Part shown: positions 1 to 9,226 of the stretch, one piece after another
Layout: the number at the start of each line of letters is the position of its first letter
How positions within the stretch are numbered: the stretch's first letter is position 1
NCBI GenBank assembly: GCA_035490135.1
Contig: DATHGV010000193.1
Coordinates: 5,746-69,745 of the forward strand
DNA from: Candidatus Methylomirabilota bacterium
GTDB taxonomy: Bacteria > Acidobacteriota > Terriglobia > Acidiferrales > UBA7541
Reading direction: 5' to 3'
Length of the DNA stretch: 64,000 nucleotides
Notes under the pieces: model-generated
Databases searched by the model: none
What the model saw: only the letters and a program-made list of their open reading frames with translations
What the model was told of the DNA's origin: nothing
Translations under genes and position numbers: made by a program

Positions 1-173
1 GGAGAAAGCGGTCAAGGTGGTGGCGTTACCTCAGAGTGCGCCGGGTGTTTTGTATGCGGTGGCTGGGGCTACGGATTAGCTACATGGATCCTCGTCTGAG
101 CGCAGGAGGCATCTTCGCCGGATCAACCCACCTTGCTCAACGGCCGGGACCTTAATTTGGACGCAATAATTCG

Positions 174-701
174 ATGGAAATGAGCTTCTTAGTCGACGAA
201 TGGCTGATTACCGACATACAGAAACTGAAGGAGCGGCGCAGGGCGTACAAGAGTTATCTACAGTCAGTCCAGAATAGCCTTCCTCCCCGTGTCTTCGAAT
301 TCGCGGCTGCTCCATGGCATTACGATCACACTGATCATCGCTGTCCCCACGATGGTTGGCTGGAGTCGCTTACAATTAGAGAAATTGCTGAGGGTGATCG
401 CAGGCAGCATCGACGTATTGAGATAGAGCTTCTGCTACTTGGGGCTTTCCACGATGGGCATATGCGCATGACATATATGGCAGTTTCAAGTTACCTCAGC
501 ACATTACCGACTTGCGAATCGCCATTTGGGAACAAAGTTGGCCACCCCGACTGGCTCGTTGATGAATTCAGACTTGCTACGAATGGTCTGATCGTTCATA
601 ACGTTTTGTTTAGCTCGGGTAGCCGCTTCGAGATTGAATGCCAGGATTTTGATTGGGAATGGATGCCTTCATTACAAGCAGATCAGGTCTCAGCTAATTA
701 A
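174..701 (+). CDS. hypothetical protein (possibly immunity-like / DUF4085-like)
   Basis: 175-aa ORF with conserved-looking blocks PHDGWLESL, DWLVDEF and HNVLFSSGSRFEIEC; more AT-rich than neighbours; family not certain. Confidence 0.6.
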   Translation: MEMSFLVDEWLITDIQKLKERRRAYKSYLQSVQNSLPPRVFEFAAAPWHYDHTDHRCPHDGWLESLTIREIAEGDRRQHRRIEIELLLLGAFHDGHMRMTYMAVSSYLSTLPTCESPFGNKVGHPDWLVDEFRLATNGLIVHNVLFSSGSRFEIECQDFDWEWMPSLQADQVSAN

Positions 702-904
702 GGTCGTTCAAATCGTATATGGTTTTCGCGAGAGCAAAAGCAGACGCCGCAGACGTTTAAGTTTAGCGGTGATTTTTCACACCAGAGATTGCCGGTTTCG
801 CGACAGAGCGAAAAGAGACTCCGCATCTCGATGGTGCCCGGAATGAAATGATACGTCCGGATTGTAGCGGGATAATGCAGCTATAAATTTTAATCGGCTG
901 AAAA

Positions 905-1405
905 TTATTTTGCGGCGCGGCGCAGGAGGCGGGGTGTGGCCAGCCAGAGAAATTCGGCACTGGGCGGGGAGATGCGCTTTAATTTCAGGGCGGCGACGCC
1001 GGCTTTCTTGAGCGAGGTGATCAGGTGTTTGCTGGCAAACGCGGCGGCGATGAGTTCATCGAGATGTGGAGCGTGGCCGAAGAGGAATACGGTCGAAGAC
1101 TGTTTGTCTTTGGCTAGCTCACGGAAGAGCGCAGAAGATTCCGCGCCGGGCAAGAGCAAATCGGTGCGCCGGATTTTCTGTTTTGAGTAGTCGAGTGCGC
1201 TGGCGAAAATTTCAGCAGTTTGCATCGCGCGGGTATAGGGACTGGAGATCAAGAGGTCCGGCGTGATGCCAAGTGCGGCGATGCCTTTGGCTACCTGCCT
1301 GGTTTTGTCCACGCCTTCTTCCGTCAAGTAACGTTCGGGGTCGGGCGGACATTTGGGGTCTTCACGGTCGATCGCGATGCCGTGGCGGACGATGTACAGA
1401 TCCAT
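905..1405 (-). CDS. sixA: phosphohistidine phosphatase SixA
   Basis: LYIVRHG motif, LTEEG, SSPYTRAMQTAE, GHAP; 166 aa. Confidence 0.9.
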   Translation of the reverse strand: MDLYIVRHGIAIDREDPKCPPDPERYLTEEGVDKTRQVAKGIAALGITPDLLISSPYTRAMQTAEIFASALDYSKQKIRRTDLLLPGAESSALFRELAKDKQSSTVFLFGHAPHLDELIAAAFASKHLITSLKKAGVAALKLKRISPPSAEFLWLATPRLLRRAAK

Positions 1406-1523
1406 CGAGTAGCTCCGTTCGAAGTTTATTAGACCCTATCCGCGCCAAATTTTTGCCGTCGATATTTTGCTGGAGCGGCTTATCAGGTAACTAGTGATGC
1501 GGGCAGCTCATGACGCCGGCGAC

Positions 1524-3065
1524 TCATGGCGTGGATTGGCGGAAGAAGAGGCGCACGTGAAATTCTTTTTCGAAGAGATCGGCGCTGCGGTTGGCGTCGC
1601 GCAAATCCTCGGCGGCATCTCCGCGGGCTTTTACTTGCAGGCCCACGGCGCCGCGCTGGAAGCTGGCTTGAATATTGGTGACGCGCTGGCGGTGCGAGTG
1701 ATCGAGGCCTTCGGCGATGCGCAGAATGGAGGCCAGGCGGCGGGTCATGCGTTTGTCCAAGTTGGATAAGGAAGCATAGGCCAGGTGATGGCTGGCGGGC
1801 TCTGACTTGCGATTGTGATAGCGCACGAGCGACGCGACGATCGCGCGATCACGACCAGCGAGACCGGGAATGTCGCCGTTCAGCGCCAGATATTCGCCGT
1901 GTTTGTGATGGCCGTGATGGCTGATGGTGTGGCCGACGTCATGCAGTAGCGCGCCGGCTTCCAGCAGCACGCGGTATTGAGCAGGAAGATGATGGGCGGG
2001 CTGTAAACGGTCGAAAAGGAGAATGCTGAGTTCACGGACGTGCTCGGCGTGGGCTTGATCGCGGTCCAAGCGGCGAGCGAAGGCCCTGGTGCTGGCAATG
2101 ACCTGGCGGGCTGCAGCGTTGTAGCGGTGCGGTTCTTTTCGTGAGAAAGCGTCGTGGGCGATTTCCTGCAAAATACCTTCGCGAAGGCCCACGGCGGGGA
2201 TGGCCATGCAGCGGACATTGAGATAGCGGCCGAGAGTGAGAAACGTGATGGCGGCTATACCCATCACATCGGCACGGTCGCGGCGCACAGCGTAAGCCTT
2301 CATGCGCTCGCGGACATTACGCTTGAGGATGTCTGGCAGGCGGTCGCGCAAGAGCGACAGCTGCAGCATCGGGAGACCGTGTTCACGCGGGCCGGGGGCG
2401 ATGCCAGCTAACGTTTCCGCGTTGCCGCCAAGCGCAACGGCGATTTGTTCGCCGAGATTGGGGCGGTTGGGTAACTTTGATTCGAGCAGTGCGCGCACAT
2501 ATTTACGGACCTGCTCGGCTTGCGAAGAGCGGATCACGCCGGGGAGGTTCAAGGTGGTCATCAGGCGCACGGTGCCCACACCGAGGTGGGCGCTTTGCTC
2601 TACCTGGCGGTCACGGAGAATGCTTAATTCCAGGCTGCCGCCGCCAAGGTCGATGATGCAACGTGGCGGCGCTTCCGGGCCCAAAGCGGCCAGGACCGCT
2701 TCCCTGCCGAGGCGGGACTCCTCCGCCGCGTTGATAACCTCGACTGAAATGCCGGATTGCTGTTTAATTCTGCGGACGAAAGCGTCACGATTGCGGGCTT
2801 CGCGGGAGGCGCTGGTGGCCACGGCGCGGTATTTGGTAACGCCGAACTCGTCCATGGTTTCTTTGAAGTCGCGGAAAGCCTTGACGGATTTTTTCAGAAG
2901 TTTTTCGCTGAAAACATGGCGAACGAAAACACCTTCGCCGAGACGCAAGGAGTAGCGCTCATCGTAGAGAGGTTCGATATCGAGTGCGGAGTAGGCGCGG
3001 GCAACGGCCAGGCGCACGGCGTTGGAGCCGGCGTCGATAGCAGCGATGTGAACCGGCTCTGACAT
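1524..3065 (-). CDS. ppx: exopolyphosphatase / pppGpp phosphohydrolase (Ppx/GppA) with HD domain
   Basis: AAIDAGSNAVRL, ATSASREA, IDLGGGSLE, GLREG and C-terminal LLHDVG HD domain. Confidence 0.92.
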   Translation of the reverse strand: MSEPVHIAAIDAGSNAVRLAVARAYSALDIEPLYDERYSLRLGEGVFVRHVFSEKLLKKSVKAFRDFKETMDEFGVTKYRAVATSASREARNRDAFVRRIKQQSGISVEVINAAEESRLGREAVLAALGPEAPPRCIIDLGGGSLELSILRDRQVEQSAHLGVGTVRLMTTLNLPGVIRSSQAEQVRKYVRALLESKLPNRPNLGEQIAVALGGNAETLAGIAPGPREHGLPMLQLSLLRDRLPDILKRNVRERMKAYAVRRDRADVMGIAAITFLTLGRYLNVRCMAIPAVGLREGILQEIAHDAFSRKEPHRYNAAARQVIASTRAFARRLDRDQAHAEHVRELSILLFDRLQPAHHLPAQYRVLLEAGALLHDVGHTISHHGHHKHGEYLALNGDIPGLAGRDRAIVASLVRYHNRKSEPASHHLAYASLSNLDKRMTRRLASILRIAEGLDHSHRQRVTNIQASFQRGAVGLQVKARGDAAEDLRDANRSADLFEKEFHVRLFFRQSTP

Positions 3066-3073
3066 TTAAATTT

Positions 3074-3982
3074 TTAGCGCCAGAGATGAGCCAGCGCGGA
3101 GGAAGGAGTGTACTTGGTAGCGCGTATACCGAGCTGCTCACCGATACGCTGACGAAGCTGCTTGTTAACGTTGGCGACGCTCGCTTCGCCATCGAGTTCG
3201 ATGAAGCTGTGGCGCTTGGCCATGACTTCGAATTCGCGCTTGATCATGGTTTGATAACGGATGAAGGACCAATACAGATCGTGCGACAAGGACATGTCGC
3301 GGCCGGCTTCCCAGTAGCTGATTGCTTGGGACTTTTTGAACTCGCGGCCGAAAGCGGTTTCCGGGCGGACGTTCAGCCAGAAAGTGAGATGCGGCCTGAG
3401 AGCCATGGCATAAAGTCCAGTCATGTAATCGCGATTGATGCCGCGAACTACACCGCGGGCGATCAAAGTGAAGATAAAACGGTCGGCGAGGACGACGGTA
3501 CCGGAGCGCAGGGCCGGCAAAATGCGGTGCTCGACCTGGTCGAAGAAGTCGGTGGCATACATCAGGGCCAGTGTCAGGCGAGTGACGGCATTTTTGGCGA
3601 GGAGTTGGTCGATGTCGCTGCCGACGAGATTCGAACGGCGCAATCCGCTGGTTTGGACGGCGAACCCTTCGGATTCGAGCCATTCCTGAAGCAAAGTGAT
3701 TTGTGTTGAGCGACCGGAGCCGTCCATGCCTTCGATGACGACAAGCGTGCCGGTGATTTCCGCGGGATCGAAACCGACGAGCGGCTCGCCAAAAAAATAG
3801 TGCGAGGCTTCTTCCTCGACTTCGGAGGCGGACTTGATGGACAGGGGAGGGATTGTCGCTGCAGGGGCTTCCGTGGAGGTGGCCACTGGGGCTTTGTCTT
3901 TTTCACGGTCCCTATCGCGATCTTTGTCGCGATCTTTGTCTCGGTCTCGGTCTTTATCTTTCTCTTTTTCCTGATCGGGCAT
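3074..3982 (-). CDS. thymidylate kinase-like P-loop protein (paralog 2, Walker A GSGRST)
   Basis: VIEGMDGSGRSTQ, LADRF; low-complexity D/K/R N-terminal tail. Confidence 0.85.
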   Translation of the reverse strand: MPDQEKEKDKDRDRDKDRDKDRDRDREKDKAPVATSTEAPAATIPPLSIKSASEVEEEASHYFFGEPLVGFDPAEITGTLVVIEGMDGSGRSTQITLLQEWLESEGFAVQTSGLRRSNLVGSDIDQLLAKNAVTRLTLALMYATDFFDQVEHRILPALRSGTVVLADRFIFTLIARGVVRGINRDYMTGLYAMALRPHLTFWLNVRPETAFGREFKKSQAISYWEAGRDMSLSHDLYWSFIRYQTMIKREFEVMAKRHSFIELDGEASVANVNKQLRQRIGEQLGIRATKYTPSSALAHLWR

Positions 3983-3984
3983 GC

Positions 3985-4743
3985 TTACTCCGCTTCCTGG
4001 ATGCGAGGGGCAAAACGTTTGAGATCAATTTTGGAGGCCACGATGTCGCGCATCTGCTTTTGCAATTTATTGACGGGGATGGTGCCGTCGAGAACAACAA
4101 AGTTATCGGTGTCGACCATTTTGTCGTACTCCTCGAGAATACGGGCCTGAAACAAGCGAAAGCTTTCGGCGCGATCGTAGGACATGCCTAAGTCCATACC
4201 CGCCTCGTAATATTTCAGTTTGGGGCGGCCACTGAGAATGCGGTGGACGGCGACGTCGAGTGGCGTTCGAAAGTAGAAGGTGATGTCCGGGACGGGCGCG
4301 AAGCGATAAAGATTGCGCAGCCAGCGCGCCGGACAACCACGAGCGGCGTCGCGTGCGAAGGCGGTGTAGATGTAACGGTCGGCGAGCACCAGATAGTCGC
4401 CTTGCAGCAAAGGCATAATCTGGCGTTCACAGCGGTCGGCGAAATCGGCGGCGTGCAAGAGAGAAAATGTGGTGGGGGTGAGGAGGCGGCGTTGCTTTCC
4501 GCGGCGTGTGGCGGATTTCACGAGCGGCGAAGAATTCCACTCAGTGAAGTGCAGACGATAGCCACCAATTTCGAGCCAGCGTTTTAATAGATAAAGCTGC
4601 GTAGACTTTCCAGAACCGTCTGTGCCTTCTACTACGATTAAAGCGCCCGGGTAAGCGCGACTGGGGACAGGGCGTCCTGGTTGAGGGAGTGTCGATTTGC
4701 TTGCTTCGGCGCGCGGTTTTTGCAGTACTTCCTGATTTTCCAT
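3985..4743 (-). CDS. thymidylate kinase-like P-loop kinase (paralog 1)
   Basis: IVVEGTDGSGKSTQ, LADRY; has TEWNSS where canonical Tmk has TREPG. Confidence 0.87.
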   Translation of the reverse strand: MENQEVLQKPRAEASKSTLPQPGRPVPSRAYPGALIVVEGTDGSGKSTQLYLLKRWLEIGGYRLHFTEWNSSPLVKSATRRGKQRRLLTPTTFSLLHAADFADRCERQIMPLLQGDYLVLADRYIYTAFARDAARGCPARWLRNLYRFAPVPDITFYFRTPLDVAVHRILSGRPKLKYYEAGMDLGMSYDRAESFRLFQARILEEYDKMVDTDNFVVLDGTIPVNKLQKQMRDIVASKIDLKRFAPRIQEAE

Positions 4744-4786
4744 AGGCTCGACTTGTGAGTCGCGACGGTGTTGCGGGCCGCGGTGG

Positions 4787-4820
4787 ATATTATGGCTTTA
4801 TTGTTACAAAGACATTACAA
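4787..4820 (-). promoter_or_regulatory. Pho-box-like direct repeat plus -10 element upstream of the tmk-like/ppx genes
   Basis: Minus strand TTGTAAT-GTCT-TTGTAAC (11-bp period, 5/7 match per half-site to CTGTCAT/CTGTCAC), then 10 nt, then TAATAT. Confidence 0.55.
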
Positions 4821-4853
4821 GATAGCTGCTGGTTACGCAAAAACTGCGAATGG

Positions 4854-5927
4854 CTAGAATACACTCACTTTTACGCGCAGGAACTTGGCCGGATTCTGGC
4901 GAAACTCGCCGATAAGCAAGCGCAAATCGCCAGTCAAGCCTGCGAGATTGTCGTACAATTTGGGATCGGAAAAGAGTTTGCCTGCAGTGGTGGTGTTTTC
5001 GTTCAGCTTGGCGGAAGCCTTGTCCAGGTTGGCGCTGGTGTCGCGTAAATGACTGTAGAGCGCATCGTCGTTCATGAGTTTGCCGATGCTGCCTTTTCCA
5101 GCGCGCACGTCGCTGAGCACGGCATTGCCATTCTTGAGGGCCTGCTTGGCTTCGTCGTAGAGCGTTGGATCGTTGAGCAATTTGGCAATGGTGCCTTTTC
5201 CGGAGCGAACGTCGGTGACCAGGCCGTTGATGTTGTCGACGCCCTTGTCAACCTTGTCGTACAGCTCGTTAGAATTTACGAGTTTGCCTAATGTGCCGCG
5301 GCCGGCCTGAACGTTGCTCATCATGGTATCGGCTTTGGCCATGACGCTGTTCAGGTGGTTGTAGGCTTCAGGATCGCTGATTAATTTTCCGATGGAGCCT
5401 CGGCCTTCTTTTATGTCATCCAAAATTACCTGCATGGAATCGGAGAGAGCCTGGAGGCTGCCGAGCATTTCTCTTGTTTCAGACGGGGGAACTTCTTCGC
5501 CATCTTTCAAGGGGACACCGGTGAAACCGCGCGAAATATTCATGTACTTGTTGCCCAGCAGACCGTCGGTCATGAGACTGGCTGTGGAATCGGTGAGAAT
5601 ATCCGGTTGGTAGCGCCGGTCGATGCGCATGATGACTTGAATATTTCTAGCTTTCCCAGCGGCCTTACCTTGCGGCGCCTGGACGGCTTGAGATCGCGGG
5701 ACGAGGGTGATGGACTCGACGTTTCCTACTTCCACGCCGTCGACACGTACAGGCGCGCCATTGGCGAGACCGGGAACCACCGCTTGATACGTTTTCAGAC
5801 GGTACTTAGGCCCGAGAAATCCTGAACCGGTGACATAGAAAATGCCGGCCGCCAATACGAAAAGGCCGACCAGCACGAATAAACCTACACGCAATTCCGT
5901 CCAGGTGAGCTGCTTCCTCTGGGCCAT
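4854..5927 (-). CDS. mlaD: MlaD/MCE-family substrate-binding protein
   Basis: ELRVGLFV TM anchor, GLANGAPVRVDGVEVGNV, GLLGNKY, repeated G-S/T-I/L-GKL helical tail. Confidence 0.9.
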   Translation of the reverse strand: MAQRKQLTWTELRVGLFVLVGLFVLAAGIFYVTGSGFLGPKYRLKTYQAVVPGLANGAPVRVDGVEVGNVESITLVPRSQAVQAPQGKAAGKARNIQVIMRIDRRYQPDILTDSTASLMTDGLLGNKYMNISRGFTGVPLKDGEEVPPSETREMLGSLQALSDSMQVILDDIKEGRGSIGKLISDPEAYNHLNSVMAKADTMMSNVQAGRGTLGKLVNSNELYDKVDKGVDNINGLVTDVRSGKGTIAKLLNDPTLYDEAKQALKNGNAVLSDVRAGKGSIGKLMNDDALYSHLRDTSANLDKASAKLNENTTTAGKLFSDPKLYDNLAGLTGDLRLLIGEFRQNPAKFLRVKVSVF

Positions 5928-5969
5928 TGAGACTCCCCTCCGGAGTCCGGGAACAAGATTACAGCAAAT

Positions 5970-6821
5970 TCAAACTAGAAAGCGGCGTAGATATGGATCT
6001 TTGGTGCTGAGCAACTCCTGCGGGTCGCCTTCGAAATAGATGCGCCCATCTTTGTAAACCATAAAACGGGTTGGCGCAGGAGGCTGGCCGTCCCTGCCGC
6101 CTTTCGCGGGGTCGCAATGGACGACATGCTGGGCTTCTTTGTCGAAGCAGAAGTTGGCGAGCGCGAAGCCGTCCTGCAAACGCTGGGTGGCCAACAGGGC
6201 GGTGACGCCGTATACATCGCGCAGGCGCAGGATGAGCGAGATTATGGTCTGTGAGGTGATGGGATCGAGACCGGCAGTAGGCGAGTCGTACAAAACGATG
6301 TCGGGACGGTTGATGAGTGCCCGCGCGATGGAAACGCGGCGCCGCATGCCGCCGGACAATTCGGAGGGGAGCTGGTCAGCGGTGTGTTCGAGCTCGACGA
6401 ATTGCAGCGCTTCTTGGACGCGTGGTTCGATTTCTTCTTCTTTAACGTGCTCTTCACGGAGACGGTAGGCTACGTTTTCTCCCACGGTCATGGAATCGAA
6501 GAGCGCGCCTTCCTGAAAAACGAAACCAATGCGTTCGCGTAGCTGCAGGAGCTCCTTTTCGGACATGGCGGAAACTTCCTGGCCGAGCACGGAGACACTG
6601 CCACGGGTGGGTTTCAGCAGGCCGGCAGCGAGTTTTAGAGTTAAGGTTTTACCTGTGCCAGTTTCGCCGAGAAGCACCATGGTTTCGCGTGCGGGGACGG
6701 AAAAGGAGACGCCTCGCAAAATGTCGCCTTCGTCGAAGCCGAGGTAAACGTTATCAAATGCTACGGCGGGGCCAGCGTTAGTCGTTGCAGTGGCAGCGGC
6801 TGGGGTCATTGAATATGGCAT
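5970..6821 (-). CDS. mlaF: MlaF-family ABC ATP-binding protein with degenerate Walker B and H-loop (start may be 6809)
   Basis: GETGTGKT, FQEGALFDS, LSGGM, VLYDSPTAGLDP, ATQR. Confidence 0.88.
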   Translation of the reverse strand: MPYSMTPAAATATTNAGPAVAFDNVYLGFDEGDILRGVSFSVPARETMVLLGETGTGKTLTLKLAAGLLKPTRGSVSVLGQEVSAMSEKELLQLRERIGFVFQEGALFDSMTVGENVAYRLREEHVKEEEIEPRVQEALQFVELEHTADQLPSELSGGMRRRVSIARALINRPDIVLYDSPTAGLDPITSQTIISLILRLRDVYGVTALLATQRLQDGFALANFCFDKEAQHVVHCDPAKGGRDGQPPAPTRFMVYKDGRIYFEGDPQELLSTKDPYLRRFLV

Positions 6822-6894
6822 GGATTATAGGACAATTGGTTAGGTTCGCGGTTCCATCGCGAAAGAATAGTGTGGGCGCACAGATGAAGAGGGC

Positions 6895-7734
6895 CTAGAA
6901 AAGTTTGTCTCCAAGGTACAAGGCCAACTTAGTGAGGAAGAGGTCGGCGGCGATAATGAGGACGGAAGCCACGACCACGGCTTGAGTGGTGGCGCGGCCG
7001 ACACCTTGGGTGCCTCCCCGGACGTTGAGTCCTTTGTAGCAGCCAACAGTCGCGAGGATGAAACCGTAAACCATGGGCTTGGTGAAGCCCTGCATCAAGT
7101 CGGCGAAGTCGAGAGCTTTGATGGCGCGAGTCCAGAATTCCACCGCGCCTAAACGGAGGGAAAAAACCGAGGCCACGCAACCTCCGAGTAAGCCTACGAA
7201 ATCGTTGAGCGCGGTGAGCAGCGGCAGCATCAAGACTGTGGCGAGCACGCGCGGAGTGACCAGCTTGCGGCTGGGGTCGGTGCCCATGGCACGCATGGCG
7301 TCGACTTGCTCGGTGACGAGCATGGAGCCCAATTCTGAAGCGATTCCGGAGGAGCAGCGGCCGGCAACGAGGATGCCTGTTAATGTTGGACCCAATTCGC
7401 GGACCAGAGCGATAGCCACGATGTCCCCAGTAAGCGCAGCTTGTCCAAAGCGGATGAATTGCGTGCCCGTTTGTAACACCATAACCGCGCCGATGAAGAA
7501 GCCGGAGATCAGGACGATGGGCAGGGAGCCTACGCCGATGTCGTCCATTTGGTCGAGGGTGTCTTGGAAATAACGCGGGCCGGTGAAGAGATTTCTTACC
7601 GAACGGGCAGAGAGTAAGGAATAGTCCTGGACGCTGAAGACCCAGCGCTTCAGGGAGTCGACCAAGACATCGACGACTGAGAGCGTAGGTTCCGGGGTGG
7701 TGTCGCGCTCGATTTGAAGTGGAGTGCCTGCCAC
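6895..7734 (-). CDS. mlaE: MlaE-family ABC permease
   Basis: GVGSLPIV, RELGP, ASELGSMLVTEQVDAMRAMG, GVGRATT. Confidence 0.93.
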   Translation of the reverse strand: MAGTPLQIERDTTPEPTLSVVDVLVDSLKRWVFSVQDYSLLSARSVRNLFTGPRYFQDTLDQMDDIGVGSLPIVLISGFFIGAVMVLQTGTQFIRFGQAALTGDIVAIALVRELGPTLTGILVAGRCSSGIASELGSMLVTEQVDAMRAMGTDPSRKLVTPRVLATVLMLPLLTALNDFVGLLGGCVASVFSLRLGAVEFWTRAIKALDFADLMQGFTKPMVYGFILATVGCYKGLNVRGGTQGVGRATTQAVVVASVLIIAADLFLTKLALYLGDKLF

Positions 7735-7771
7735 GATGGCCTTTTTTGTGTGTGCGAATGGCTACGACGAA

Positions 7772-7800
7772 AGCGTAACCGTGCGGATGATGGGCGTCAA
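7772..7800 (-). promoter_or_regulatory. sigma70-type promoter of mlaE
   Basis: Minus strand TTGACG-17 nt-TACGCT. Confidence 0.6.
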
Positions 7801-7881
7801 GTAAGTGCGTGGGTCGGGAATTGTTTCAGTTTCTGAGTAACGTGTTCAGCATAGGCGGCGGTTCGACGCTGGAACTATGCA

Positions 7882-9213
7882 GTGCTTGCGTGTAGGCTTT
7901 TTTCACATACGACTCGGACGAAGCTCGTCAATCAGTGCAACGACGAACGTGCAACTCGTAGACAAGTTAACGGTAGCGAATTGGGGCGACGTGCGGAAAG
8001 ACCCTCGCTCAAAGACGTATCGTGTGCAATCAGGCCTGGAGCGATACCCAAATTCATATTTCGGTTCTTTGCCATACCAGTGGCTCTGGCAAGCATTCCT
8101 GCGGCGTCGTTAGTGGGCGCGCTTTCCTACGGGTGCTATGGCGCGGCCAAGCTTCTCGGAAAGGTTCGTCCCTTGCGCGGTGCGTATCAGTTTCTCTCCG
8201 AGGCGTACGACCGGTTGCTTGACAGGTTCGGAAAAGAAGTTCTGCGGGACTGCCGAGACGTCCCCGCATTTACGAGTGATGGTCTCGCTCAGCCTAACGG
8301 CGGTCCCAGTTTTCGTGACTCAAATCCTTTTAGGCAAGCCTCGACTTCTGCTGGTGATTGCTTTCTATCTTTCGCTGTACGGGCTCAAGTTTCAGCGGTC
8401 TGTCAGGATGTTCAGCGCGAAACACCTGGAGGCACACCGTGCTCGCGGGTACTTCTCGGAGAAATACGAAAAGGTCTTCGGCCGCTACATCGAATTCTTT
8501 TTGGGGTATTTGTATGGGGACCTTCCAGAACTGGGTCGCACCGTTCATGTACGGCTGCACCACAAAGAGAACGGTGGACTCGAGGATAGGGTGGCCTCCA
8601 GTGGCGATGATCGAACCAGCCGACTACATTTTCTGTGGTATCTGTCGGACAACATTTGGACGACGCTTGGCATTGTTCCATTCGGCTACTTCAGAGTCAG
8701 GAGCGATGTAAAGAACCAAAGACGAGTGTTATGGGAAATAACGTGGTACTTCGTTTATTGCGGAGCTGTCTCTGTTTACGATTGGAGAATTGGAATTCTG
8801 TTCGTGGTAGTTCCTCTTCTATGCATGAATTTCATTATGGCAATCACCTCATGGGTGCAGCACGCCTTCTGTGATCCGGAACATCCCGTGGATTATTTTG
8901 CAAATACCGTGACGCTCTGTGATGAGGCGAACTTCATGAACGAGGGATCCACCTCTGTCATCACCACCGATCTGGGCTGCACTGGACCGAGATGCCGGCC
9001 CATCTGGAGCGGATTCGCGACAAAATGAGACAGTCCGGGTCCTTGGTTTTTCGGGACCTGGATTTTATGCAACTTTTCATTGAGTTGACTCTGCTTCGCA
9101 GAATGGATGTGCTTGCTGAGAAACTTGTCCCTTGGGAGCCCATGAATCACGAACAGAGGTTAGCTTTGTTAGTGAACAGAACCAAGCCTGCGGGAGCGGT
9201 TGCGGTGTGGTAG
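7882..9213 (+). pseudogene. membrane fatty acid desaturase family gene split by two frameshifts
   Basis: His boxes HLEAH, HVRLHH and NEG[x]HLCHHH..LHW lie across three ORF segments; extra T at about 8269 and missing base at about 8948. Confidence 0.8.
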
Positions 9214-9226
9214 ATGGAGTTGGTGG

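Noticed and set aside
1-99. Possible 3' end of a plus-strand gene at the window edge
   Set aside because: Only 25-32 codons in either open frame and no recognisable motif, so I cannot assign it.
1406-1523. Possible CHAD/CYTH remnant between ppx and sixA
   Set aside because: 118-nt gap with no recognisable coding signal.
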